The notes under the pieces: model-generated
What the model saw: the letters and a program-made list of their open reading frames with translations, nothing else
Database searches by the model: none
Told to the model about the DNA's origin: nothing
Assembly (NCBI GenBank): GCA_013239625.1
Contig: MU056000.1
Coordinates: 12,847,175-12,911,174 of the forward strand
DNA length: 64,000 nucleotides
Direction: 5' to 3'
From: Lama guanicoe
Lineage: Eukaryota
Position numbers and translations under genes: made by a program
Shown: positions 13,055-26,739 of the stretch, piece by piece
How positions within the stretch are numbered: the first letter of the stretch is position 1
How the letters are laid out: every line of letters starts with the position of its first letter

Positions 13055-13136
13055 GTCTCTCTTTCTCTCCCTCTCCATATATATGGCTATATGGCATCCT
13101 GTTAGTTCTGTTTCTCTGAAGAACCCTGAGTAATAG
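12648..13136 (+). mobile_element. MLT2 (ERVL) solo LTR with internal (CT)n
   Basis: tgatggttaattttat...agtaaagcagattgccccc...ttctgtttctctgaagaaccctgagtaata. 5-bp TSD catag at 12643-12647 and 13137-13141. Confidence 0.9.
13010..13075. repeat. (CT)n microsatellite within MLT2
   Basis: Imperfect TC run read directly. Confidence 0.95.
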
Positions 13137-13907
13137 CATAGTAGTTAGCATTCAGGAATTATTAAATAAAGGTCTTAAGATAGAAGAGATTGACTTGAGA
13201 AAAAGTGATCTAAGAACAGTGGGCTGAGAATAGAATTGTGGATGCACTAGTAAGGTTTAAATGGTGAACAGTATAAGAGTAAGACATGAAGAAGCCTGAA
13301 AAGAATTGATCAGGGAGACACAAACAGTAACAGGAATAAACTGAACAATTTAATAAAATGTAGAGTGTTAGGACAAAGGGAATTGTGTACAGTATTAAAC
13401 ACAGAAGATAGGATTGAAATGTGATCTTATGACTTGGAAATTAGAAAGCCCTTGGTTACCTTAGCAAAAGTAGCTCTGCCAAGCAGAATCTTGGTTTCAG
13501 GCTGGAAAGGAATTAACTGAGAAGTGAGAAAGCAAAGACTTATCTTGGAAGATTTGAAATGAAAAGAAAAGGAGCAAGATCAGTAGCTAAAGAGAAACTT
13601 AGGTCCAAGAGAAAAGTATCTATAATTTGTTTTTGTTTTTGTTTTGTCTTAAATACATCAGCCACCAGCAGCACATTTTCAAGTTAGAGGATTATCTTCA
13701 AAGAGGGAGAATGAGTGATCATAAAGGAAGGATGCCAGCTCCTTGAGGAGATGACACAGGTGGGATTAAGGTGATCTTGAATGTGAGTAAACACATAATC
13801 ACTTTGGAAATTGGAAGAAAGCCTGGAAGTATAGGTCAGATACAAGGATGTAGGCACAGGAGGGAAACTGATGAAGTCATAGAAATAGATCTTCAAAAAT
13901 TTTAAAT

Positions 13908-14385
13908 TACAACCCCATGAATGGACCTTGAGCAAATTATGCTAAGTGAAATAAGAGAAAGACAAATGCTATATGATCTCATTTATACATGAAATCTAAA
14001 ACAACCACCACCAAATTCATAGATAGAAGAGAACATATTGGCGGTTGCCAGAAGCAGGGGTGGGGGATGGCAGAAATGAGTAAAGGGGGTCAAAAGATAC
14101 AGAATTTCAGTTACGTAATGATAAAATATAAAATAATAAAATATGGTGATTATAGTTAATAACACTGTATTGCATATTTGACAGTTGTTAAGTGAGTAGA
14201 TCTTAAAAAAATTTGTAACTATGTATAGTGAGTGATGTTTGATAGACATTAACTAACATAATAGTGTGATCATTTCACAATGTGTTGAAATATCAAATCA
14301 TTATGTTGTACATCTGAAACTAACACAGTGTTATATGTCAATTATACCTCAATAAAAATAACTGAATTAAATTAAAAATAAACAA
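13908..14385 (+). mobile_element. L1 3' end (L1MA9-like, older laurasiatherian type)
   Basis: atggaccttgag...tatgctaagtgaaataag...tgtacatctgaaactaacacagtgttatatgtcaattatacctcaataaaa. Flanked by TSD-like aaaatt(tt)aaatta. Confidence 0.88.
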
Positions 14386-15705
14386 AATTAAATTATTGCT
14401 TCGTAGAAGGAATAAGTTAAAGGCAAGAGAACAATCGATTGTAGAAGGGGGTCAAATTACAAAAAACAATCTGTATTAACCAAAATTCTTGGGTTGTATC
14501 TTTTTCTATAGAGTATTCAGAAGTCTAAATTAAAAAGTAGAGTCAGTGCTGTAATGTTTATCCTTTGTTGTAACATAAGGAAACACCTGCAAGTTAGATG
14601 AGATTTCTTGTGAGGAGAAATTAAAGAAATCTTCAGTGGTGTCTTGGCTGAGTGGAGAATGAAGTAATGGCAGAAGGGAGCCTGTAGAAGGGATTAAAAA
14701 AGGAAGGATACATTTAAAAAAATCATTCCCTTTACTTTTAAATCCAGCCTTACCGTCTATGGCTTGAAGAGTTATCCAAAAATCCGCTACTGGTACTTGC
14801 TAATTGACTCCGAGAATTATTCCAGGTGGCTACAACCCTCACCATCTGCTTTGAACCCTCTCTCCAGTCTGGTCTCCTGGATTTCTCTGCCATTGGCATC
14901 GTTACTTGGAAGCTTTCTCTCTGCCTGGCCCTAACAGATTGATTACCTATTTGGACAGTCTTCTGTTCTTTGGACAGTCGCCCCAACATGTGCTGCTTCT
15001 CAATTTACCCTGATGACAACTGTGACCAACAGTGAGTGGGGGCCCACCTTTCAGCATAAGCTCCCAGGACACTAACTGTGTTTGCTGGAAGTGGAGGGCC
15101 GGGAGTGTTGAAAGTTGATGGTCTGGTTTTATGTTAAGCAAAATTTTTTTGGTCTAAATTTCTCATGAAAACTGAGACATGATTAATACGTTGGTTAAAT
15201 TTTATAATATCCAGGATTATATAAGGATAAAGTGTGAATGCTAGATGGATATACATATTAAACATTTATAATGCTTGATAATGATCATAGCTATTTGGCT
15301 ATATGAAAATGTAGCTCTTTCCAGAAGATTAACTTGCTGAGGTTTAATTTCCCATATTTTACATAGAATTAGGCTATTATCCTAAGTATTGGATAGTCAT
15401 TGTGCCTACTGTAATAAAGGAGCATGCCTGGGTAGGTTATCATTATTTTGGGGATCTACTGGTTTGGGGGTAAATTTGAAAGTAGGAAACAATTAAGCTT
15501 TGGCAGATGGAGTTTTGTAGAGGGGTCAGTTGCAGACTTGATTCTGCCTATTTTTCAGACAAAGATAATTGATTTATTTTACCATATCTTCCATCCAATA
15601 CAGAAGTTCCAATGAACGTGCTCGTGGTTTACATTACTGTGTAACAAATACTAGGGATAGCATTCTTAATTTTTCACAGGTGTCTGAATAAGCCTGATTT
15701 TATGG

Positions 15706-15830
15706 GGGAAATAGCACAGCACTTGAAGTCAGAAACATCTGGGATTTATTACTTCCTCTGTCAATAATTCATGTTGCCACCTGGAGACAGTATGTCGTTT
15801 TCAGGTCTCTAGTTTCTACATCTGTACATT
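15706..15830 (+). mobile_element. MIR fragment
   Basis: gaaatagcacagcacttgaagtcagaaacatctggg...tctagtttctacatctgtaca. Confidence 0.65.
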
Positions 15831-16655
15831 TGGTCTACTGCTTTCATTTTTAAAGTAGATGTAGTCGTTTGCATTAAGATATAGCCTGAAGTGATAAAGT
15901 TGACTATTTCACTTTCACACTAATGTGAAATATACATAAAATTTATGTAGTGATTCTTCTGTAACTCTTTTTCAGTGATGTTTAAGCAAAGAGAAACTTT
16001 GGTAGAGTAGTTACAAGAGTGCCGACACTTCTATTTTAAAGTATTTTCTGGCTTTTGTTTTACATGTAAAAGTGATAAATATTCATCATGTTACCAGCAT
16101 GTAGTAGAAGCAAATGGCAGACGCAAACTCCAGTGCTATCTCGTTATATTCTCGTTATAGAAAAAACGAGAGTTGGACATTTGAGCAATTCTCAAACTGT
16201 ATTCATTCAAATTCTATTCAGATGTGGCCAGGGCTTCATAATCAAGAAATTATCTTTCATTAAGTCACCATTGTTGTTATAATCTGTTGTAAGACAAATT
16301 AATTTATGACCTATTTATTTTCATTTTATCAATATCATCAGAGGAATGACACCCGCAGAGTCACTCAACTGTTGCAAAAGCATTTTGTTCTGTTAAATGT
16401 TTGCATATTTATTTTTGGAAATATACTTTAATATGAAATGGAATAATACAATTTCCTTTTCAGATTGCTTTATCCAAGATAAAAGTTTTCTAAGAAAACA
16501 CTGGTCATTACTATGTTCATCCCAGTAGCATGTGATGTTCATTTAGGTACTCTGATATTTCTAACTTCCTGCTAGGCTGAAGATACACTCTCTATTTTAA
16601 ATCATCACACAAATGTCTTTGGTTGCAAAAGAACAAATGTGACTTAGAACTTTTC

Positions 16656-17277
16656 TTTTTTTTTAACATTTTTTATTGATTTATAATCATTTTACAATTT
16701 TGTGTCAAATTCCAGTGTAGAGCACAATTTTTCAGTTATACATGAACACATATATATTCATTGTCACATTTTTTTCTCTGTGAGCTACCATAAGGTCTTG
16801 TATATATTTCCCTGTGATATACAGTATAATTTTGTTTATCTATTCTACAATTTTGAAATCCTAGTCTATCCCTTCCCACCGCCCGCCCCCTTAGCAACCA
16901 CAAGTTTGTATTCTATGTCTATGAGTCTGTTTCTGTTTTGTATTTATGCTTTTTTTTTTTTTAGGTTCCACCTATGAGCGATCTCATATGGTATTTTTCT
17001 TTCTCTTTCTGGCTTACCTCACTTAGAATGACATAATCCAGGAGCATCCATGTTGCTGCAAATGGCATTATGTTGTCATATTTCATGGCTGAGTAGTATT
17101 CCATTGTATAAATATACCACCTTTTCTTTATCCAGTCATCCATTAATGGACATTTAGGCTGTTTCCATGTCTTGGCTATTGTAAATAGTGCTGCTATGAA
17201 CATTGGGGTGCAGGTGTCATTTTAAAGTAGGGTTCCTTCTGGATATATGCCCAGGAGTGGGATTCCTGGGTCATATG
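16656..17277 (-). mobile_element. Young 5'-truncated L1 (camelid-type 3' UTR)
   Basis: ORF2 C-terminal peptide MFIAALFTIAKTWKQPKCP...EVSQKEKEKYHM. Perfect 9-bp TSD gaacttttc at 16647-16655 and 17278-17286, followed by AA. Poly-T tail. Confidence 0.96.
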
Positions 17278-17552
17278 GAACTTTTCAATATTATTTGAGT
17301 ATGGAAAGCAAACTAACTTTTCTAGAAAAATATCAGTGTACTAATCAATTTCTTCATAATAATTAAAGAATAGGTAATCATTCAAGGAAGTTTACTGCAC
17401 TCACAACAACAGTGGTCAAGAAATCCTCCAACTTGAAGGAAAAACTTTCTACAAAGTGTATAAAAATTCAGCACACACCATGTGATTCTGGTATGTGAGT
17501 CATCTTCCTTTAACTAGGCAACATATTATATATTTTTTTCTAGTTGCATCAT

Positions 17553-17614
17553 TAGTAGAACTAAGTAGAATTAACCAACTAACTAATCAACTAACTAACT
17601 AAGTAGAACTAAGT
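17553..17614. repeat. (AACT)n-like tract flanked by repeated agtagaactaagt
   Basis: Read directly. Confidence 0.8.
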
Positions 17615-18705
17615 TTCCCCCTATGATTCTGTAAGAAATCTCTGACATACAAGGGGCACAAAAGTAACAGAAGTAGTGCACAAATTGATAAATTTTCTAT
17701 GACCATTATCAAAAAATACAACAACTAACTTTAACCTCAACATCAATAGATTTATGAAGATGAGTGCCTTTGTAAGAGTATTAACTTTGGTATCTCCTAC
17801 TCTATGAGATAGCTTGTCTGTCACAAGTTCCAGACTAGAACTGATAATTAGGTGAAGGAAAATATAATTTTTTTTTGCATTTGACCTCAATACTTAAAAC
17901 AATTCTTTAATGCATAAGAATCACTTATTTTTCAGTCTATCGTATGTAGCTTCCTGTTCTTGACACACAAATAGACATCTTTTTAGAGTACTTTGTGTTC
18001 TTTGTGAATAAGATATAGAAATGTTAACTTTTTTCTCTTCAGCATTTTCTCTTTATTTCCTTCAGTTACATACACTGGAAGATATCATATGCCTCAAGGA
18101 ATCTATTACAGAAAACACATGGAGGATTTTGAGTTCTGAAATCTAGGGCTTCATAGGCATTAAGATATAGTGGAAACATGATGAATCTTAATGTCTAAAT
18201 AAAGATTTCTCAGATTGGTAGAAGAAAAGCAAAAAGAGTCAAAAGAGAAGTGAGGATATCTAAAAAGTTGATGGGTTGCTATTCCCTGAATACAAACAAG
18301 TTCATGGATCTAGATTTAATGGGCAAAGATGCTAGAAATACACAGCATTAGTTTGTGGTAGCTGTGTGTGTAAAGACCTAAGTCAGGATCCCTGAGGATA
18401 GTCAGTTAGGCAGACAGATCTCAGAACAGAAAAGGCTGCAAGATGTTCCTGAATAGTCTTGAAGAGTTTTTTAGAGCCCAGTATAAATAGTGAGCAGAGA
18501 GATAAACTCCTATGTGCCAGAGAAGGACACAGAAAGAGAAAAGGAGTTGTTTTCAACCTAGACACCTTAAGAAAAAAAATGAGCAACCAAGAGTGACCTC
18601 TATGGGCAGGTGAACTGGGGGAGGAGGGTGCATTGTAATAGTCTCAGCAGATATCATCAGAGAAAGATGGTGGTACAAATGAGAAATGTCACATCCATAC
18701 CTCAA

Positions 18706-18737
<32 letters not shown>
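18706..18737. repeat. (TA)n(CA)n microsatellite
   Basis: Read directly. Confidence 0.95.
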
Positions 18738-18899
18738 CAAGATTATTATTTTATTCCACTCAGGAGTTTGAAATAAGAATCAAGGTGAGCTGTAACAATA
18801 ATATTTATTTCATATTGTACTCATTACAGAGAACATGTTTCTTCCATATTTCAGAGTATCCTTGTATGGCTAAGACTGATGAAAAGCAATAGATAGGAC

Positions 18900-20575
18900 C
18901 CATTGTGAAAAATAAGAAGAAATTTAGAAGACGTATGCTCCTTAATATCAAAATTAATGACAAAGCTCTAATAATCAAAACAGTGTTATATTGGCAAAAG
19001 AACTGAAATATAGATCAATGAAATAGAAGTGAGATTCCAGGAAAATACCTTTACATTTTTGGTTAAATGACTTTTAACAAGTGTTCCAAGGTAATTCAAT
19101 GAGAGAAAGATAGAATGTTACTGAGATAACCAAACAATTTAGATGCAAAAGAATAAAGTTGGAGTCCTTCCTCACATATTAATAAGTTAATTCAAAATGG
19201 ATCATAGACATAAGTGTAAGAGCTAAACTCTAAAACTCTTAGGAAAAAATCTCTAAGAAGAACAATTCCTTTTTGAAGGAGTAAATCTTCATGCTTTTGG
19301 TTGGGTAAGAGTTGTTGTGGTTATTGTTTGTTTGTTTGCTTGCTTTTTAGCTATGAAACCAAAAGCATAAGCAACAGAAGAAAAAATAGATTAACTGAAC
19401 TTTATTAAAATTTAAAAGTTTCTAGTTAAAAAGATATCATTCAGAAATTGAAAAGATAAATCATGGAATAGGAGAAAATATTTGCAAATCATTTGTCAGT
19501 GAAGAAACATTTATACAGAATATATGTAGAACTCTTATAATTCAACCACAAAAAGACAAACAACCCGATTTAAAAATGGGCAAAGAGTTTGAATATACCT
19601 TTTGTCACAGAAGATATAGAACTGGCCAACACACACATGGAAAGATGCTCAACATCATTAGTCACTAGGGAAACGCAAATTAAAGCCACAATGTGATATC
19701 ATTTCACATCTTCTAGGATGGCTAAAATTAAAAAAGACAGAAAAATTACAAATGTTGGCGAGAATGTGGAGAAATTTGAATCGTCATACATTGCTGATGA
19801 CATTTTGAAATGCTGCAGCCACTTTGGAAAGAATTTGGCAGTTCTCCTAAACCGTTAAAAATAAAGTCACCACATGACCCAGGAATTTCACTCCTAGGTG
19901 TGTATCCAAGAGTAATAAAAATGTATGTCCACATAAAAACTTGGACATGGGGGATTTTTCATAATGAACAAAAAGTGGAAATGGCTAAAGTATCCATCTA
20001 CTGATGCAATGGGTGAACAAAATATCATATACCCACACAATGGAGTGTTACTCAGCAATAAAAAGGAATGAAGTATGGATGAAAGTTACAACATGGTGAA
20101 CTTTGAAAAAAAATATACTAAGTGTAAAAAGCTGGTCACATAAGCCCACATATTGTATGATTCCATTTACATGAATAATACAGGCAAATCCTTAGAGACA
20201 GAAAGTAGCTCAGTGGTTGCCAGGGGCAAGAGAAAGGGAGAAATGAGGAGTTATTACTAATGACTGCTACATTTCTTCTTTGAGGTGATGAAATGTTCTC
20301 AGAGTAAATAGTGGTGATGCTTGAACAACTTTGAGAATATAATAAAAAGCTCAGGGCAGGGAGGGTGTAGCTCAAGTGGTAGAGCGCACGCTTAGCATGC
20401 ATGTGGTCCTGGGTTCATTCCCCAGGACCGCTTCTTAAATAAATAAATAAATAAATAAACTTAATTACTTCCCTCTCCCCCCCCAAAAATTAAAAAAAAT
20501 TAAAAAATAAAAAGCACAGAAGTGTACATTATAAAAGATTGCATTTTATGTTTGCAAATTGTATCTCATAAACAA
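18900..20575 (+). mobile_element. L1 (L1MB-like) ORF2 3' part plus 3' UTR, degenerate
   Basis: aaagctctaataatcaaaacagtgttatattggc, aaaatgggcaaagagtttgaat, gcagccactttggaaa (QPLWK) and gagacagaaagtag...gtggttgccagggg. Many stops. Confidence 0.92.
20355..20505 (+). mobile_element. tRNA-Ala-derived SINE (vic-1-like) inserted in an L1 3' UTR
   Basis: gggtgtagctcaagtggtagagcgcacgcttagcatgcatgtggtcctgggttcattcccc, then (TAAA)n and an A tail. TSD aataaaaagc(t/a)cag at 20341-20354 and 20506-20519. Confidence 0.93.
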
Positions 20576-21270
20576 TAATAGACTAGAAGGAAAGCAAAGG
20601 AATCTTAAATCATTGCCCATGGCTCTGGGAGAATTGTTGTCAGTGATGAGGCAGACTCTGAGAATTCATGACTAACTTGAAATTTCCATGGTTACACGAT
20701 GAGAAGAAATTTGAAGTTATTCTATAATCTTCATTCTATACACTATAGAGTTTTGAACATTCTGGGAAAGATGAGTGATTTTCAGAAGTGAGGGAAGATG
20801 AATAAAAACTGACAATATTCAATTTTCCCAGTGACAGTTCTGAGAACACATAAACAAGGAGGTCTGTGGGAGGTGATTTTTAAGTCTATATCTTGAAATA
20901 AGAATTTCTAAAATAAGTGAATCTTTTCCAGGAGAGAATAAAAAAACTAGTAATTTTCTTGCAAACAAAGTAAAAGCAATCAAATTAGTATGTCCCTTAA
21001 TATCACTAAATATAATGGATTGTGAGCAAGTACTGCACCCTCCTCCTCCCTTTACTCCCACATTCAAAGGGAGTGAGGACATTAGCTATAGTCAGCCTTA
21101 CTTAGCTGTGAAAACTCCGAGCATATGATATATGTCTGTGTCTGCATATGTTGGGGTTGGAATGGAGCTAATGATATCTACAGAATGACATGCTGATATG
21201 TCTGTAAGTGTTAATATTTTGGAGAAATGGATTCAGAATAGTTTCAGAATACAGTATCAGTTACCAAAGA

Positions 21271-21276
<6 letters not shown>

Positions 21277-21305
<29 letters not shown>
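21277..21305. repeat. (CA)n microsatellite, ~14 units
   Basis: Read directly. Confidence 0.95.
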
Positions 21306-21309
<4 letters not shown>

Positions 21310-22499
21310 TCACCACACATCACTCTTCCCTGGAACTATAAATCTTAGATTCAATTGAATTTTAGATTCAATTAGAGGAAAATGTATTGAGAAATGAACA
21401 GATTGAAATTAAGTTTCTTCTATATGATGGAATTGATGCTTAAAATACAAATTAATATAAGATATAGAAATTATAAAGATGTATTTGAGTTACAGATTAA
21501 TGACTTTTAATTTGTTAAAAAGGGTTTTTTAAGTGAAGCAAACATAAATCACTTCAAGTTCTCGATCATGACCATTGGCATCCCAGTGTTGATTGCTGTA
21601 CTGTCAAGAGTGCAGTTAAATGTTTGTTTTGACAATAACAAGTTTGAGTGTTTGGACTATGGTTTTGTGCTTCTTCTATGCCCATTACACAAGTGAGTAA
21701 CTTAGTCTGGTATTCCATATTTCTTTCTTTTCTTTTTTTTTTTTTTGTAATAGTGGGTTGGGGTGGGTACAAGAAAAGCAACACACAAAAGGTACAGAGG
21801 GAATACGGTTTTGATGTATATTTGTGGTAAAAAAGATTACCTGAATTCACATGAAGAAGGGGACCAATGGAAGTATCACCTGAAGATGCAACAGAAATGA
21901 TGATGTAAATCAACCATGACATCCAGGTCTATGCAAGCAGCTCAGCACTTCCTTGTGTGCTGCAGCATGTGTCTCATTCATGCTGGTCCAAAGGACCAGT
22001 GCTTGTGAGAAGTGCTCACTGGAGCATCAGGTTCACAGGCTGTTGATTCAGTTTTGCACCCCTGGGAACTACATGAACCTTGGATTAAGGACCATTGGTT
22101 TAAATGAACTCTGAAATCCTTCCTAGATTAAAAACGTTAACTCTGTATTACAAATGGGAGGAGTTCTTATCATTAAATTGACACTCAAATTTTATTTTGC
22201 CTGAACCTTGAATCCTTGCTAAATCAATTTTTATTGTGACAAAAATGATGATATTTCATTTTACAAGCTTCCTTTTTTTCCCTATAAAACTGTTGAGAAA
22301 ACCATTTCATTTATGCTTCAGTTAAAGAAAATCTTTTTCTTTGATTGACTCTTACAAGTACCAATTTGATTGCAATAGTTTTGTCTAATGGCATGGCAAT
22401 AACAATTTCACTATGGTCTTTTATAAAGCAATGTGGTAACTAAATTTATCAAATCTTCAGATAGAAAAATAAGAAAATGTTTTAAAAATGTTTACCATC

Positions 22500-25365
22500 A
22501 TGGATTTTTCAGCTTCAGCTTTCACATGTAAAGAGCTTAGAAGTCATCACTCTATCCTTAAAACAAGAAAAAAACAAAACTAGATAAACTGAAAAGCAAT
22601 GATTTTCCTCTTGAGTCCATTAAAAAATTGAAATTATAGACTAAACCTATACCTACAAATCTGGATAGACAAATGCATTCAGAGAAGCACAGCTGAGATC
22701 TTCTTACCTAGAGCAGAAGCTGCTGGAATCACAAACTTGTATGAACATGAAAATGGTAATTTTGACCAATTGCTGAAGCTGATCGTGGACTAACATGAAA
22801 CTGAGAGACTCCTAGGTGCTCTCACCCTTTCATGAGCTTTACTTCCTGGAAACCCATCAGGTTCTAACAATAAAGAGTCAAGAAAGAGCACTTTGTGGTG
22901 CTGGTAGGAGAAGAGGTCTAATCACTGTGAAATACACATAGAACTTTTTCCATGACAAAAGCCTAATCCATGAAAAAAGGACTATCAGAGCCCTATCCCA
23001 GCAAGGGGAAGGGAATTACTCCCACTCCAGTGGCTACTGACTTCCTGCTTCACCTAAGAGAAACACAAACAAACAGATGGACAAACAAACAGCCATGAAG
23101 TTAGAGGCTTAAGATTGGGATGCTGTTGGCAAAAAGGAGAGTAAGGGACAAGGGAAGAGCTATATCACTGAAAAACATTTCTGTTGGTCACAGCCCTGAG
23201 ACACAGGCCCATGAAGAGACTGAAGTTTAATCCAGAGATCATAGAATTCTCTTTTCCTTCCTCCACACATGGTTTACCAGCAGCACCTTTTCTGCAACAA
23301 CAGGGCTACAAAAAACAGCAGTGGACTATAGCTTTAAGGGACTGCAAGATGCAGAATCTTTCTGAGGAGGAATATTTAGGGAAATCCAGAGGAGAGACTA
23401 AAACAAGGACACTAGAGGAACTTGTAGCCCCTAATCAAAGCTATAGCAAACATCAAACAAATCTCCACTCTTGGCCAGAATAAAGTAAATTCTCACACAG
23501 GTTATTTATATCAATTCTTATTACCTGATATAGCATGTCTGGCTTTCAGCAAAAAATTACATGGCATGCCAAAAGGCAAGAAAACAGTGTAGTCTAAAGA
23601 GACAAAGCAAGTGCCAGAATCCAGTGCAGATAAGACACAGATGTTGGAATTATCAACAGGGAATTTAAAATAACTATGATTAATATACTAAGGACATTAA
23701 TGGAAAAATAAATATGCAAGAATAGGTGGGTATCATAAGCACTAAGATGGGTTACTAAGAAAAGGTCAAATGGAAATGATAGAAATGAAAAAAAATACTA
23801 TAATAGAAATAAAGAATAGCTTTGATGGGTTCATCAGTAGAGTCACCATGGCTGAGAAAAGCATCATTAAGTCTGGAGATAGATCAATTTGTATTTCCCA
23901 ACCTGAAACATAAAGAGAAAGATGAATAAAACAAACAAACAAACAAAAAACCAGAACAGAACATCCAAGAATTATGGAACAATAAAAGCAAATGTAATAT
24001 AATATGCAATTAGAATGCCAGCAGTGAAAGAAAGGTAAAATAGAACAGAAGAAATATTTGAAGTAGTAATGACCAAAATCTTTCCAAAATTAATGACAAA
24101 CAGAAAACCCCATAGGTCTAGGGAGCCAGAAAAGATGAACCATGTTAAATACCAAAATCTACACTAACACCTAAACCCCCACAACCACATACACATAGGC
24201 ATACCACATTTAAACTGAGGAAAATCAAGAGACAAGGAGAAAATCTTCAAAGGATCCAGAAAGAAAACTAATCTTATCTATAGAAGAGCAATGACAAGAA
24301 TTATTTTTGGACAGAAGACTTAATGTCGTAAATCATAGAAGCCAGAAGAAAATAAAGTAAATTATTTAAAGTGAGGAAAGAAAAAATAATACTAACGTAG
24401 ATTTCTATAGCTAATGAATTTCTCTTTCAAGATTCAAGGAGATCTAAAGACTTTCTCAGACAAACACTGAGGAACTTCATTACTAGTAGACCTGCTTTGC
24501 AAAAACATGGAAAATTCTTGAGGTAGAAGGAAAATTATATGAGAGCAACTTGAATGTACACACAAAATGAACATCAAAGAGGAAATAAAGGAAGGTAGAA
24601 GTAAAATCTTCTATTTTTCATATTCTTTGTTAATAAGCAATACAGCTTTGTTTGAAGCAATGACAGTAACAATTTATTGGATGATTCTAGCATATGGATA
24701 GGTGAAATAAATATAAACAATGTCACGAGAGGTGAGAGAAGATATCAGGAATACTGTGTTAGAAGGTACCTGTACTACAGGTGAAGTAGTGTACTGTCAG
24801 TTGAAGGTGGACTTAGTTAGAAATGTGTATTAGAAACACTAGGGCAATCATTAAAAACTTTATAAAAAGCAGTATAATTATATGCTAAGAAAGGAGATAA
24901 AATTGAGTTAAACACAATTCCAATTAAAGCCAGAGACAGAAAAAAAGGTGTAGGAAGGGAAAAGGCAAGAATAGAAAACAGTTACAAACACAGTATATAT
25001 TAATCCAACTATATCAATAATCATTTAACAGATGAATGGCCTAAATGCACAAATTAAGAGACAGAAGCTGTCAGCATGGATATAAAAAAGAAGCATAAAC
25101 TACATTTTGTATACAAGAAGTCCACTTTAAAAATAAAGGCCAAGTTTGATGAAAAGTAAAGAGATGGGCTAGAAAAATGTATGTCATGCTAACAATAATT
25201 AAGAGAAGCTGTAGTAGTTATATTAATTTCAGACAAGCCAATTTCAGAACAAGAAAGATAACGAGAGATAAAGAAAGGCAATGCATATTGATAAAGGGGT
25301 CAATTCTTCAAGAAGCATAATCATCTTAAATGGATATGAACCTAATAAAAGAGCATCAAAATAAT
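22500..25365 (+). mobile_element. Ancient L1 (L1M4/L1MD-like) 5' region, ORF1 and start of ORF2; 3'-truncated
   Basis: ORF1-like gatgttggaattatc...aaaataactatgattaatat. 25008-25085 translates TISIII*QMNGLNAQIKRQKLSAWI*, matching the L1 endonuclease N-terminus. Confidence 0.88.
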
Positions 25366-26739
25366 TCAAGAAAAGAATCTGCCAGCAATTGAACTACGCA
25401 AAGGCAAGACATTGACGTATAAAGACAACTTTCTTTCTTTCAATAGACTTATTGTAAATATGAACTACTTTACATCATCAGTCATTATACATTTACCACT
25501 TTAATTTTGGCTACATTGTTTCTAGGCATAAGAATCACATACCCCTACCAATCTGAGAACAGATCAGGCTGTTTCATTGCCTAAAATGCTCTCTTTCATA
25601 GAAGGTAGATGGCATCAATGAGCAAAAGATAGATTGAAGAAAAATATTTGAAGCAATTGTAACATGAACTTAAATAGCTGGGCTATATAGTTATTGTTTG
25701 ACTCTGGTAAAAGAAAAGAATAAATGAGAGTATGGTTACCATTATTTTGTAAATGCACGAAATTATTTTAAAGCATGAAAAATTTGCAATTCAATATAGC
25801 ATCTCAGGCATAGCTTTATGCCAAGAATGCAAACAGTATTTGTTAATTTAACATGATGACTAGATCACGTAATTCTAATAAATATATTCTCAGAATGATT
25901 AGTTCTCTGAACAAAAAATCCTATTCAGATGATACATGAAATTATAGATGAAAGTACCATAATTTATATCAAAATATTTATATAATCAATATTTATCAGG
26001 ATCCTACAATAATCCTTGTACTTTTATAATATACATTCAGTTGGGAGAAGTATAATTCAAATAAACAAGCAAATTGATAAAGAATAAGTTATAATGAAAA
26101 TAGTCTATCAAATTGTCTTAAAGTATTTCAAGTAACACTTTATAACAAGACCAATAGATAAAAAATACATTTGTTTAATGTATCTTCTGGGAACAAACAA
26201 GCAAATTTATCTTAGTGTTAAAAATTCATCTACTCTTTGGTCACGGATCCCCAGACTCTGATCTCATTATTATTGTGAAATGGAGGAAGAAGGGAAAAAG
26301 GAAAAGAACTAGTTAATGGAGATAAATGTCACTCCTTCACTAGGTCCCTTCTATGGCCATGTGCCTAAGTAAGCACGTGTAAATCCACAAGTAAATCCAC
26401 TTGTAAAGGAATTTCTTTGGTTTCAAGGAAGTAGAACAGAGATGACAAAATTGCTACTCTGTATTGAAAGAGTCTCTTGTTATTTACCCGATGTTTTCAT
26501 TCCCACATTACCAAGCAATGAAGCAGAGTTACAAATTTCTTGACTAGATAAACCTATAAAACTTAGAGTACATTAGTTTTAGGAATGTGATTAAATTATT
26601 TTAATAAAGTTTTAGTAACACTAGGACAAAAATCTTTGTATAAATTATATATTTTTCTTATGAGAAGAAATCATAGTATTCATGAATTGCGTTAATTATA
26701 TGTCTAGTTTTATTTTCTAATTTTGAAGGATTTTGGTAA

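Larger units (their letters stand above)
12310..14720 (-). mobile_element. L2 (antisense, purine-rich), interrupted by MLT2 and L1
   Basis: Pieces at ~12310-12647, ~13142-13900 and ~14400-14720 carry L2 motifs (tgccttggaagactaggtaactagtagcatcattgac; ggaaattagaaagcccttggttaccttagcaaaagtagc). Confidence 0.65.

Noticed and set aside
16138..16197. Two adjacent small hairpins (tctcgtt/aacgaga; tttgag/ctcaaa) and repeated ctcgttata
   Set aside because: Stems of 6-7 bp are expected by chance in 64 kb.
20355..20432. Apparent tRNA-Ala(AGC) genes (also ~8900-8977 and 45771-45850)
   Set aside because: Each is followed by the SINE tail and poly-A and is flanked by TSD-like repeats, so they are SINE heads.
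21345..21373. Duplicated ttagattcaatt with palindrome attcaattgaat; similar micro-duplications at 10250-10272, 26379-26406 and 58060-58095
   Set aside because: Ordinary slippage duplications with two copies only; no repeat-spacer array structure.
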